Positions 1 to 8,868 of a stretch of DNA of 24,944 nt are shown one piece after another; position 1 is the stretch's first letter; each line of letters opens with the position of its first letter. Both the position numbers and the translations under genes were made by a program. The notes beneath the pieces were generated by a model. It did not search any database. It was not told the origin of the DNA and saw only the letters and a list, made by a program, of their open reading frames with translations. The stretch lies in contig JBCBUE010000001.1 of the NCBI GenBank assembly GCA_039818285.1, forward strand, positions 23,388 through 48,331. Reading direction: 5' to 3'. The stretch comes from Planctomycetota bacterium. Lineage in GTDB: Bacteria > Planctomycetota > Phycisphaerae > Phycisphaerales > Phycisphaeraceae.

Positions 1-8
1 CCACCACC

Positions 9-1235
9 ATGCCCAGCCACCCGCGACCCGCCGCCCGTCGCCGCGCGCTCGAAGCGCTCGATCGGTTCACGATCGAGCTCCCCTCCTGGGGGTTTGCCAA
101 CACCGGCACGCGGTTCGGCAAGTTCCATCAGCACGCCGCCGCGGCGGACCTCGACCACAAGCTCCACGACGCCGGGGTCGTGCACCGGCTCACCGGCGCC
201 TGCCCGACCGTCGCGGTGCACGTGCTCTGGGACTTCGACGACCCGACCGACCCGGCCTCGGCCAAGCGCACCCGCGCGTTGGCCCGCCGGCACGGCGTCA
301 AGATCGGCTCGATCAACCCCAACCTCTTCCAGGACCAGCACTACCGCCACGGCTCGTTCTGCTCGCCCGACCCGGCGGCGCGCGACGCCGCGATGACCCA
401 CACGCTCGAGTCCGTCGCGCTGGGCAAGGCGGTCGGCAGCAAGTCGCTGGCGATGTGGCTGGCCGACGGCACGAACTACCCCGGGCAGGACAACATCGCG
501 CAGCGCTTCAACCACCTCAAGGACGCGTACAAGAAGCTCGCCGCGAAGATGCGCACCGGCTGGAAGGGCTCGACGCTGCTGGTCGAGTACAAGCCGTTCG
601 AGCCGGCGTTCTATCACACCGACATCCCCGACTGGGGCGCGGCCCTGCTGCTCTGCCAGCACGCCGGGCCCAACGCCAAGGTGCTGGTCGACACCGGCCA
701 TCACCTGCCCGGCTGCAACATCGAGCAGATCGTCGCGCTGCTGCTCAACGAGGATCGGCTCGGCGGGTTCCACTTCAACGACCGCAAGTACGCCGACGAC
801 GACCTGACGCTCGGCTCGATCGATCCCTACGCCGTGTTCCGCATCTTCAACGAGATCGCGCAGCACGAGTTCGACCGCGGGCTCAAGCCGGGCGCCGCGA
901 AGATCGACTACATGGTCGACCAGTCGCACAACCTCAAGCCCAAGCTCGAGGCGATGGTGCAGACGGTGTGCGAGGCGCAGAAGCTGTTCGCCAAGGCCCA
1001 CCTCGTCGATCGCGACAAGCTCGCCAAGGCGCAGGCCAAGGGCGACATCGTCGGCGCCGAATCGCTGCTCAAGGCCGCCTTCGACGCCGACGTCACGCCG
1101 GTGCTGACCAAGTGGCGCAAGGCCCGTGGCCTGGCCGACGACCCCCTCGCCGAGCTGCGCTCCAGCGGCGTCATCCAACGCCTCGGCAAGGAACGCCGCG
1201 ACGCCAACGCCGTCGCCGGCGGGGGCTACGCGTGA
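9..1235 (+). CDS. rhaI: L-rhamnose isomerase, metal-dependent xylose-isomerase-like TIM-barrel type (Pseudomonas stutzeri/rhizobial RhaI class). The 5' end may extend beyond the window.
   Basis: 408-aa ORF. The motifs LPSWGF..TGTRFGKF, VEYKPFEPAFYHTD, VDTGHH, LGGFHFNDRKYADDDL, MVDQSHN and the C-terminal AGGGY match the RhaI family as I remember it. There is no in-frame stop between window position 3 and the ATG at 9. Confidence 0.8.
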   Translation: MPSHPRPAARRRALEALDRFTIELPSWGFANTGTRFGKFHQHAAAADLDHKLHDAGVVHRLTGACPTVAVHVLWDFDDPTDPASAKRTRALARRHGVKIGSINPNLFQDQHYRHGSFCSPDPAARDAAMTHTLESVALGKAVGSKSLAMWLADGTNYPGQDNIAQRFNHLKDAYKKLAAKMRTGWKGSTLLVEYKPFEPAFYHTDIPDWGAALLLCQHAGPNAKVLVDTGHHLPGCNIEQIVALLLNEDRLGGFHFNDRKYADDDLTLGSIDPYAVFRIFNEIAQHEFDRGLKPGAAKIDYMVDQSHNLKPKLEAMVQTVCEAQKLFAKAHLVDRDKLAKAQAKGDIVGAESLLKAAFDADVTPVLTKWRKARGLADDPLAELRSSGVIQRLGKERRDANAVAGGGYA

Positions 1236-1379
1236 AACGACAGACGCCAGAACGTGTGACGGTGTCCACGCGTAATCACGCACCGCAGCGTCTTTGGCAA
1301 GTGATGGTTCAAATTCTCGGGCAGTGATCGGCTGGCAATCCGATCACGCCGTCCTTCGGTCCCTTCTGGAGCAAATCTC

Positions 1380-2957
1380 ATGGTGTCATCGACCGAGAAC
1401 CCGGCGTCGCGACTCCCCGCACGGGGGATCACCCGGCGCGACCTGTTGAAGGGAACTGCCGCAGGCGGCTTGGCCGCTTCGGGCTTGGCGAGCGTCGGAG
1501 AGGCGCTGGGGCAGGGCCTAGGCCCCGCCGGCCAGGACGGAGCCCAGCCGAATCTCGTGTTTGTCTTCTCCGATCAGCAGTCGTGGGACATGCTCGGCTG
1601 CTATGGCAACTCGCAGATCGTGACGCCGAATCTCGACCGATTCGCCGGGCAAGGTACCCGGTTCACCCACTGCTTTGCGAATCAACCGGTCTGCACGCCC
1701 TACCGCGGCATGCTGATGACCGGCAAGCACGCGTTGCACAACGGCTGCTTCTCCAACGACGTGCCGCTGCTTCCCCAGGCTGGGCCGTTCTTCGGCGAGA
1801 TCCTCCGCGATGCGGGCTACGACACGGCTTACGTCGGCAAGTGGCACCTGCTCGGCGGCAAACGGGACCGACCGATCCCCCGCGGGCCGATGCGTTACGG
1901 CTTCGATTCACCGACGTTCTACACCGACAACTGCACGACCCAGTACCACCCCGATCACACGTTCTTCTGGAACGAGCATGATCAAAAAGAGAAGTACGGC
2001 GAATGGCAGCCCTACGGCCAGACACGGCAGGCCCTTGACTTTATCGAGCAGCAGGACGCCGACAACCCGTTCGCCCTGTTTCTCTCGTGGCACCCGCCGC
2101 ACGACAACGGCAAGCGGGACGGGTACTACCTGTACGACCTCTACGGCCGGCAGCCCGAACTCGAGGAGCTCTACGACGGGGTCGACCTCAAGATCCGCGC
2201 CAACGTCCCGGACCAGAGCGAACGACGCAAGCAGCAGCTGCGCGACCACATGGCGATGTGCAGCGGGGTCGACGTGGCATTCGGCCGGCTCATGGCGGCG
2301 CTCGAAGAAAAGGGCGTGGCCGACAACACCATCGTGGTGTTCACCGCGGATCACGGCGACATTCTCGGCGCGTATGACTGGACCATCCCCAAACAGATCA
2401 TCCACGATGTGTCGTCCCGCGTTCCGCTTCTGATCCGCCAACCCGGCGGCGTGGACGCGGGGCGGGTCAGCGACCTGCTGATCAGCGGCATCGACCTGAT
2501 GCCCACGCTGCTGAGCATGATGGGCCTGCCTTCGCCGGCGGGCATGCACGGCCGAGACCTGGCCGATGCGATCGCGTCCCACGACGACGACGCGATCGAG
2601 TCGATCCCGATGTGGATGACCATGAGGCCGCTGGATTATCGAGGCGTCATCACCCGCGACTACACGTTCTGCACCCAGCGAGATCGGCCCGAGCACCAGC
2701 TGTCGAACATGCTCTACGACCGCCGCGCCGACCCCGATCAACTCGACAACCGCTTCCACGACGACAGCGTCCGCCCACTCCGAGCCCACCTCGAGCGGAT
2801 GACGCGCCGGCACATGGAACGGTTCGACGACCCGTTCATCACGTTCGATGAACTGCTCCAGATCCGCCCCATTCGGCAGTGGCAGTACCCCCCGCAGGGC
2901 GACGACCCGCGAGCGTGGTCGTTGCCCATCGATCTGATCCACGGACGCACGACCTGA
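1380..2957 (+). CDS. Formylglycine-dependent sulfatase (S1 arylsulfatase family) with a twin-arginine signal peptide
   Basis: 525-aa ORF. Tat-like leader: ITRRDLLKGTAAGGLAASGLA. N-terminal metal-site strand: NLVFVFSDQQSWD. Canonical C-x-P-x-R motif CTPYRGMLMTGK at 1692-1706. Also GKWHL and VVFTADHGD motifs. GGAG lies 8 nt upstream of the ATG. Confidence 0.9.
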   Translation: MVSSTENPASRLPARGITRRDLLKGTAAGGLAASGLASVGEALGQGLGPAGQDGAQPNLVFVFSDQQSWDMLGCYGNSQIVTPNLDRFAGQGTRFTHCFANQPVCTPYRGMLMTGKHALHNGCFSNDVPLLPQAGPFFGEILRDAGYDTAYVGKWHLLGGKRDRPIPRGPMRYGFDSPTFYTDNCTTQYHPDHTFFWNEHDQKEKYGEWQPYGQTRQALDFIEQQDADNPFALFLSWHPPHDNGKRDGYYLYDLYGRQPELEELYDGVDLKIRANVPDQSERRKQQLRDHMAMCSGVDVAFGRLMAALEEKGVADNTIVVFTADHGDILGAYDWTIPKQIIHDVSSRVPLLIRQPGGVDAGRVSDLLISGIDLMPTLLSMMGLPSPAGMHGRDLADAIASHDDDAIESIPMWMTMRPLDYRGVITRDYTFCTQRDRPEHQLSNMLYDRRADPDQLDNRFHDDSVRPLRAHLERMTRRHMERFDDPFITFDELLQIRPIRQWQYPPQGDDPRAWSLPIDLIHGRTT

Positions 2958-2996
2958 CCGCTTCGGGCGCCACGCCAACAGAAGAGAGCCCCACAG

Positions 2997-4862
2997 ATGC
3001 ATTTTCTAACTCGCTGCTTCTTCGTGATGCTTGTCGCGATCGCAGCATGGTCTGCGCCCGCCAGGGCTCAACCGGATCGGGCCGAGCCGATGAACGTCGT
3101 CTTCATCTTGGCGGACGACATGGGCTGGATGGACAGCTCGACCTACGGCAGTCGGTTTTACCGAACGCCGAACCTCGACCGGCTGGCCGAGCGTGGCATG
3201 CTGTTCACCGACGCCTACGCCGCCAACCCGCTCTGCTCCCCGACTCGCGCGAGCATCCTCACCGGCCAATACCCCGCGCGGATACGGATGACGACCCCCG
3301 CCGGCCACCTGGGCCCGGTCGTTATCGATGTCGAGATGCCCGCGGCCGGCGATCCGAGCCAGCCCGCGACCTCCGCGCCGAACAAGACCCGGCTCGAGAA
3401 CGAGCGGTTAACGATCGCCGAGGTGCTTAAGCAGGCCGGCTACGCGACCGCGTTCGTCGGCAAGTGGCACCTGGGTTCGGCCCCGTACGTCCCGGAGAAC
3501 CAGGGCTTCGACGTCAACATCGCCGGCGGTCGATACCCCGGCCCGCCCAGTTTCTTCTCGCCCTACCGCATCCACAACCTCCCCGATGGTCCCGAGGGCG
3601 AGCACATCTGCGACCGCCTGACCACCGAAGCCATCGACTGGATGAAGCAGCAGGACGGGCCGTTCTTCCTCAACTATTGGCTGTACGACGTCCACGCCCC
3701 CTTCCAAGGCAAGCAGCCGCTCATCGCCGAGTACGAGAGACGGATCGATCCGAACGACCCGCAACGCTGCGCAACGATGGGGGCGATGCTGCAGACGATG
3801 GACACCAACATCGGCAGGCTCCTCGACGCGATCGACGAGATGGGCATCGCCGACAACACGCTGATCGTCTTTACATCCGACAACGGCGGGAACATGTACA
3901 ACTGGGTCGATGGCGTGCGGCCAACCAGCAACACGCCGCTGCGTGGGGGCAAGGCAATGATCTACGAGGGCGGGGTCCGCGTGCCGTTGATCGTGGTGGC
4001 GCCCGGCACGACTCGACCGGCGAGCATCAGCGGCGCGATGACTTCGACCATCGACCACTTCCCGACGATCCTCGACCTGCTCGGCCTGGCGACGCCCGAA
4101 GACGCGGTTATCGACGGCATCAGCTTCGCTCCGGTGCTGGCCGGCGAAGTCGAGACCGCTCGCGAGGTGGTGTTCTGCCACTACCCCCAGTACATGGGCG
4201 GCGGCCGCAAACCGCCGATGAATCTCGCCCGGCCGTGCACGAGCGTCCGCGTCGGCGACTGGAAGCTGATCCGTTTCTACGCCGACGGCCCGGATCAGAC
4301 GGACCGCTTCGAGCTGTACGACCTGTCGCGGGACATCGGCGAGACCCACAACCTCGCCGATCAATACCCGGACATTGTCGAGAAGCTCAACGCCATGATC
4401 GACGTGCATCTCGAAAGGACCGACGCGTTGGTGCCCAAGGCCAATCCGGCCTACAGACAGAAGATCGAGGGGTGGGCCGGCGTCAATGACATCGAACTCA
4501 CCCATCATCCCGGCGCCATCGTCGGTGTCTCCACCGGCAGCGACCCGTTCATCGTCTGCGACCCCGTGCCCGCGGTCCGGGGCCCGCTCACGATGCGGAT
4601 CCGGATGCGATCGGAGGGCGATGGTAATGGGCAAGTGTTCTGGAGCACGACGGCGCAGCCGGGCTTCGCGAAGAATCGCTCGGCCGAGTTCATCGCCATC
4701 CACAATGGTCAGCCCCAGACTTACGAAGTGAGTTTCCAAGCCAACAGCCCTCTCAAACATCTCCGGATCGACCCGTCACGCTCAACCGGACGGATCGAGA
4801 TCGACTCGATCGAGCTTTTCGACTCCGACGGAAGAACGCAGAAAGCATGGCGTTTTGACTAA
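2997..4862 (+). CDS. Formylglycine-dependent sulfatase with an appended C-terminal domain of about 145 aa (beta-sandwich-like)
   Basis: 621-aa ORF. Sec signal: MHFLTRCFFVMLVAIAAWSAPARA. Also VVFILADDMGW, CSPTRASILTGQYP (Cys codon at 3234), GKWHLG and FTSDNGG. The sulfatase fold ends around aa 475 and is followed by an extra domain. Confidence 0.9.
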   Translation: MHFLTRCFFVMLVAIAAWSAPARAQPDRAEPMNVVFILADDMGWMDSSTYGSRFYRTPNLDRLAERGMLFTDAYAANPLCSPTRASILTGQYPARIRMTTPAGHLGPVVIDVEMPAAGDPSQPATSAPNKTRLENERLTIAEVLKQAGYATAFVGKWHLGSAPYVPENQGFDVNIAGGRYPGPPSFFSPYRIHNLPDGPEGEHICDRLTTEAIDWMKQQDGPFFLNYWLYDVHAPFQGKQPLIAEYERRIDPNDPQRCATMGAMLQTMDTNIGRLLDAIDEMGIADNTLIVFTSDNGGNMYNWVDGVRPTSNTPLRGGKAMIYEGGVRVPLIVVAPGTTRPASISGAMTSTIDHFPTILDLLGLATPEDAVIDGISFAPVLAGEVETAREVVFCHYPQYMGGGRKPPMNLARPCTSVRVGDWKLIRFYADGPDQTDRFELYDLSRDIGETHNLADQYPDIVEKLNAMIDVHLERTDALVPKANPAYRQKIEGWAGVNDIELTHHPGAIVGVSTGSDPFIVCDPVPAVRGPLTMRIRMRSEGDGNGQVFWSTTAQPGFAKNRSAEFIAIHNGQPQTYEVSFQANSPLKHLRIDPSRSTGRIEIDSIELFDSDGRTQKAWRFD

Positions 4863-4895
4863 CGGCACCGCGGCGTTTTCTGCTCGCCGCTTCGG

Positions 4896-6575
4896 TTGGA
4901 GATTCCATTGCCCTCATCCATAACCACTCTGCAACGCCTGCTGCTCGCCGTGTGCCTTTTAGCCGGCGCGGCCGCGTCGGCCCAGTCAGCTCGGTCCGCC
5001 ACGCCGATCGCATCAATCGCCGCATCAGACCAGTCAGTCACCGTAAAACTCGGCCAGTCCGATCGAGAAGTGGAGCTGTTTGCGATCGGCGTGCATCAGC
5101 CACTGTCTACCCCGGCACCGGCGCTGTGGGGCGGTCGGCCCAACGGGCAGCGGGTGGAGCTGCAACGGTTCGACCCGGCAAAGCGTGACCGCGTGTTCCA
5201 TCGCTTTATGTTGCGTGATAAGCAGACCGGTCGAGCGATCGGTCGGGGGCGATTCGTCGATGATCTGGATGCGCTGACCGCAGACGGCTCCAGCGAGCCC
5301 TGGCCCGAAGGGATTAAAGGGATTCAAGCCCCGCTGATCAATCAGGACATGATCGAACTGGGCGTCTCGCACATCACCGACAACATCTCGATCGCCACGC
5401 TGATCAACGGCGTGGCTGGGCCCGACCACGACCCTGAGTTCACCTACACCGTTGACGGCGTGGCCTATGCCTTCCGCCCCGACCAGGTTCGGCAGAAAGA
5501 CAAGCTCTACAAGTTCATGCACGACCACGGCATCAACGTGCTGAGCATCATCCTCTGCTACATCTCCGAAACTCGGAACCCGAATAGCCCGCTCTACCGC
5601 GAGGACGGCAAGCCGGTCGAGCTCGAGCTCGCCCATCCCGGGGCCCGGCCGGACGAAATGGTTCAGAACCTGACCGCGGTGAACCTGTCCACCGAAGAAG
5701 GCCAGCGTCAGTACCGAGCGGTCATGGGCTTCCTCGCCCAGCGCTATTCACGCCCGGACAACCGCTACGGGCGGCTGGGCGGGCACATCATCAGCAACGA
5801 GGTCAACTCCCACTGGGTCTGGCACCACATGGGCGAGGTCGAACCGTTGGCCGTGATCCGCCAGTACGCCGAGCAGCTACGGCTCTCGTACTACGCCATC
5901 CGCCAGCACGATCCCGACCCGCAGGTCTTCATCTCCATGGACCACTACTGGACTCACAAACACGGGGCCAGCCGCAAACGCTACATGCCCGGCCGGGAGT
6001 TCCTGGATCGTTTCGCTGCTGAGATGGCCGCGACCGGCGATCTGCCCTGGCACGTCGCCCAACACCCCTACCCCGAGAACCTGTTCGACCCCGCCTTCTG
6101 GGATGACGAGACCGCCTGGTCGTCTTACGACAGCCCACGGATCACCTACAACAACGTCGAGGTGCTGGTCGGTTACATGCAGCGACCGCAACTGCTCTAT
6201 GAAGGCGAGCAGCGGACACTGATCCTGTCCGAGCAGGGATTCCACGCCGGGAAAACCGAGGAGAGCGAGCGCGTCCAGGCCGCGGCGTACGCGCTGGCTC
6301 ACTACAAGCTGTCCAACCTCCCCGGCGTCCGAGCCCACGTCCTCCACCGGCACACCGACCACCCCGACGAGGGCGGGCTGCTGCTGGGCGTTCGCGCCTG
6401 CGACCCGCAAGGCCGGCCGACTCACAAGCGGCTGATGTTCGATGTCTTCGCCGCCGCGGACACCGACCGCCAGGAGGAAGTCTTCCGATTCGCGCTGCCG
6501 ATCATCGGGATCGACAGCTGGGAGCAGGCGATGCCATCAACGGGGCCGTTCCCCTCGCAACGGGCCGCGCGATAA
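4896..6575 (+). CDS. Secreted uncharacterised protein; putative clan GH-A (beta/alpha)8 glycoside-hydrolase-like protein. It may correspond to a DUF-type family that I cannot name with certainty.
   Basis: 559-aa ORF. The start is uncertain: TTG at 4896, or in-frame TTG at 4908 preceded by GGAG at 4898-4901. Signal peptide: LLLAVCLLAGAAASAQS. ISNEVNSHW (Glu codon 5799-5801) and LILSEQGF (Glu codon 6231-6233) lie about 144 aa apart. That resembles the acid/base and nucleophile strands of clan GH-A enzymes. Confidence 0.6.
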   Translation: MEIPLPSSITTLQRLLLAVCLLAGAAASAQSARSATPIASIAASDQSVTVKLGQSDREVELFAIGVHQPLSTPAPALWGGRPNGQRVELQRFDPAKRDRVFHRFMLRDKQTGRAIGRGRFVDDLDALTADGSSEPWPEGIKGIQAPLINQDMIELGVSHITDNISIATLINGVAGPDHDPEFTYTVDGVAYAFRPDQVRQKDKLYKFMHDHGINVLSIILCYISETRNPNSPLYREDGKPVELELAHPGARPDEMVQNLTAVNLSTEEGQRQYRAVMGFLAQRYSRPDNRYGRLGGHIISNEVNSHWVWHHMGEVEPLAVIRQYAEQLRLSYYAIRQHDPDPQVFISMDHYWTHKHGASRKRYMPGREFLDRFAAEMAATGDLPWHVAQHPYPENLFDPAFWDDETAWSSYDSPRITYNNVEVLVGYMQRPQLLYEGEQRTLILSEQGFHAGKTEESERVQAAAYALAHYKLSNLPGVRAHVLHRHTDHPDEGGLLLGVRACDPQGRPTHKRLMFDVFAAADTDRQEEVFRFALPIIGIDSWEQAMPSTGPFPSQRAAR

Positions 6576-6717
6576 ACAAATCTAAAAAATTCTGTGTAGT
6601 CGATGTCGAGATTCCTTGACGCCGATTCACTTATTCAGTGGAGCAGCCTAGCTGGGTCTGTGTATTGGCTTCATATTTCAGATTGGTCACATCGGATTCA
6701 GGCAAGCAGAGGTTTCT

Positions 6718-7233
6718 TTGGAACAGTTCGCGGTCATCCGAGCCATCCTCAACGATCGAGACCGCCTGTTCGCCTACATCTGGTCGATCTTGGGGAACGT
6801 TCATCAGGCTGAAGACGTGCTACAGGAAGTCACCATCGTGGCGATCGAGAAGTGCAACGAGATCGAGAACGAGTCCGCCGTGCGGGCCTGGTTGCGGACG
6901 GTGGCCAGGCTCAAGTCGATGGAAGCGATCCGAGCGTCCCGCCGTCAACCAGCCGCGATGGACGCGGCGGTGCTGGACCAGATCGGGCGGGCCTGGCAAC
7001 GGTTGGACGGCCAGAAGACCAGCGATCTCGTCGACGCTTTACAAGCCTGCGTGAACGAGCTGTCACCCAAGGCCCGCAAGATCGTCAAGCTGCGCTACGT
7101 CGACGCGATGAAGTCCGGCGAGATCGCCGAGTTGCTTGAACGTAAAGTCGCGACGGTCTATCAGGCCCTCACCCGGGCCCACCGAGCCTTGGCCGAATGT
7201 GTCCGCCGACGAACAGGGCTGGCCAATGCCTGA
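6718..7233 (+). CDS. ECF-type RNA polymerase sigma factor (sigma-70 family, planctomycete-type group)
   Basis: 171-aa ORF with a TTG start and AGAGG 5 nt upstream (6708-6712). Region 2-like: DRLFAYIWSILGNVHQAEDVLQEVTIVAIEK. Region 4 HTH-like: LSPKARKIVKLRYVDAMKSGEIAELLERKVATVYQALTRAHRAL. The stop overlaps the start of the next gene. Confidence 0.85.
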   Translation: MEQFAVIRAILNDRDRLFAYIWSILGNVHQAEDVLQEVTIVAIEKCNEIENESAVRAWLRTVARLKSMEAIRASRRQPAAMDAAVLDQIGRAWQRLDGQKTSDLVDALQACVNELSPKARKIVKLRYVDAMKSGEIAELLERKVATVYQALTRAHRALAECVRRRTGLANA

Positions 7234-8812
7234 GCACCCCAGCGACATCCAGGAAGAGGCGCGTTGGCAGGAACTGGCGGTCATGCACCTGGGAGGCGAG
7301 GCAGGCGACGCACAGCAGCGCGAGCTCGTTGCGCTGCTCCGAGATCGGCCGGACCGCCAGGACCGTTACGTGATGATCTGCCTGCAGGCGCGGCTGCTGG
7401 CAGCCCGGCTGGCCGGGGTGTTGCAGGAGGGGCTGGCCGAGGACTGGTGGCCCCGGCAAGCCATGCGCGACCTGCTCGCGTTGGAACTGAAGAGTGAGGC
7501 GAAACCCGTTGATCTGACCGCGCGTCTGGATGCCGAGCAGTCGGCGGAGGCATTGCGACTGACGCCCGTGGAAGACGCTTCCCGGGGTGAGGGCCGCCGC
7601 GTCATCGTGATCCCTTGGGCGCTCGTTTACGCCGGTTTCGCCGCAGCGGCGGCGCTGGTCTTTGCTTTGGCGTGGTTCGCGTTGCCAGGCCCTGGCCAGA
7701 CACACTTGCCGAACACGCACGCCGAGGCCGTTTCGCCAAAGCCCGAGTCACCATTTACCGAAGACCAACCGCACCCCCCGCTGATCCCGGTTGTCGCGAC
7801 GGTCACCGAGCTGTATGAGCCGGCCTGGGCCGAGGCTCAAGGCAAAGCCTTTGCCCGACCAGCCCTCGGCGACGAAGTCCGCGAACAGGATGTGCTAGCC
7901 CTGACCTCAGGCCTGGTCGAACTCACGACCCGGCGAGGTGCGGTGGTCGTGATTGAAGGGCCGTGCGAAGTCGTCCTGACCGGCGACAACGGGGTAAGCC
8001 TGCCACGAGGGACCCTCTCAGCCCACTGCCCGCCCGAGGCAGTGGGCTTCGTGGTTCAGACCCCGACCGGACGGATCGTGGACCTGGGCACGGAGTTTGT
8101 CGTCAATGTCGATGAGGCCGGTCGAACCGAGACGTTGGTCAACTTAGGCTCGGTCGCGGTGGGCAACGGCGGTTCAACCCCACTGACGCTGACCTCTGGC
8201 CAATCCGCTGCGATCGACGCGAACACCCGTTTGGTCGCATTGCAGGACCTGAGCCGGTCGAACCTGAACCAACGCAGCCCACAGGATCGGCTCGAGCTAC
8301 GGCGGGTCGGGATCAGGCAAGCCAGCGAGAAGCTGCATCTCACCGATCCACCCGACCGGGCCCCCAACCACACCGTCGCCGATCGCGAACGGGTCCTGCT
8401 GATCGCCGAGCGCCAAGGAGTGTTGCTCAACGATCCGCTTGAAGTCACCACGACCGCCACAGGCCGACTAACCGATATTGAGGGCTCGAGCGGTTGGCTG
8501 GAAGCCCAGGTCCCCATGGACAGCTACCTGATCCATGCCAGCGTGAGCCCGGAAGACCCGATGCGCAACTTTGCGGTCTCAATCTCTTTCGACCGCCCGA
8601 TCCTCGGCGTCGCGGCGACCGTGCCGCACCTGGATGGCACGGATGCCGCGTTCGGCAACCAGCAGACCGTCTACACCCCCAACAACCTCGACCGACACCT
8701 CGAGTTCGGCGACGTACTCGAGATCACCCACGACCGGCGCACGCTGCGTCTGTGGATCAACGTCGGCACCGCCATGGATCAGTTGCGTGTTTTCGTCGGT
8801 TCGGAACGCTGA
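7226..8812 (+). CDS. FecR-family transmembrane anti-sigma factor with an uncharacterised C-terminal domain of about 210 aa
   Basis: I place the start at ATG 7226, which overlaps the sigma gene stop (ATGCCTGA). The ORF-track start at 7136 lies inside the sigma gene. There is a single TM segment, VIVIPWALVYAGFAAAAALVFALAWFAL. The FecR-like beta region is LTSGLVELTTRRGAVVVIEGPCEVVLTG...GFVVQTPTGRIVDLGTEFVV. Confidence 0.8.
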   Translation: MPEHPSDIQEEARWQELAVMHLGGEAGDAQQRELVALLRDRPDRQDRYVMICLQARLLAARLAGVLQEGLAEDWWPRQAMRDLLALELKSEAKPVDLTARLDAEQSAEALRLTPVEDASRGEGRRVIVIPWALVYAGFAAAAALVFALAWFALPGPGQTHLPNTHAEAVSPKPESPFTEDQPHPPLIPVVATVTELYEPAWAEAQGKAFARPALGDEVREQDVLALTSGLVELTTRRGAVVVIEGPCEVVLTGDNGVSLPRGTLSAHCPPEAVGFVVQTPTGRIVDLGTEFVVNVDEAGRTETLVNLGSVAVGNGGSTPLTLTSGQSAAIDANTRLVALQDLSRSNLNQRSPQDRLELRRVGIRQASEKLHLTDPPDRAPNHTVADRERVLLIAERQGVLLNDPLEVTTTATGRLTDIEGSSGWLEAQVPMDSYLIHASVSPEDPMRNFAVSISFDRPILGVAATVPHLDGTDAAFGNQQTVYTPNNLDRHLEFGDVLEITHDRRTLRLWINVGTAMDQLRVFVGSER

Positions 8813-8868
8813 ATCTCTATTTCATGGGCGGCGTGCCCGTCGTTTTCTGCTTCTCAGGAGGTTTCAAG

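Noticed and set aside
455-1327. Same-strand off-frame ORFs: 455-1327, 1810-2433, 3464-4489, 10877-11878, 13635-15068, 16462-17349, 18653-19156, 20201-20869.
   Set aside because: Their translations are Arg/Pro/Ala-rich, as expected from reading a GC3-rich gene out of frame. They are fully nested in genes that have strong motif support.
1908-3002. Long minus-strand ORFs antisense to confidently called genes: 1908-3002, 3408-4760, 10500-11384, 13468-14886, 15622-16548, 16367-17011, 21793-22890, 22575-23606, 23643-24494.
   Set aside because: They are typical shadow ORFs of high-GC DNA. Each lies fully inside a plus-strand gene that has clear family motifs. Their translations are Arg/Gly/Asp/Val-rich and low in complexity, with no recognisable motifs, signal peptides or RBS.
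6576-6717. Searched for a promoter or operator upstream of the ECF sigma gene; TTGACG is present at 6616-6621.
   Set aside because: No acceptable -10 element lies at 16-18 nt spacing, and there is no clear inverted repeat. The region is left unannotated.
8811-8841. Possible ECF-type promoter upstream of P1: GAATC (8811-8815) - 16 nt - CGTG, with a GGAAC also present at 8803-8807.
   Set aside because: It only loosely resembles the AAC-N16/17-CGT architecture. GGAAC is too far from any CGT, and such short matches are expected by chance in GC-rich DNA. It is worth testing only once a transcription start site is mapped.
8494-8868. 5' extensions of ORF-track entries upstream of my chosen starts: 7136-7225, 8494-8868, 9216-9584, 13306-13437, 15568-15636, 16457-16528, 17389-17706, 18276-18506, 21772-21804, 22830-22883.
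   Set aside because: The extensions overlap the preceding gene, a terminator or an operator, and encode Arg/Pro-rich sequence. Internal ATG (or GTG) codons preceded by GGAG/AGGAGG give proper signal peptides, prepilin leaders or HTH N-termini.
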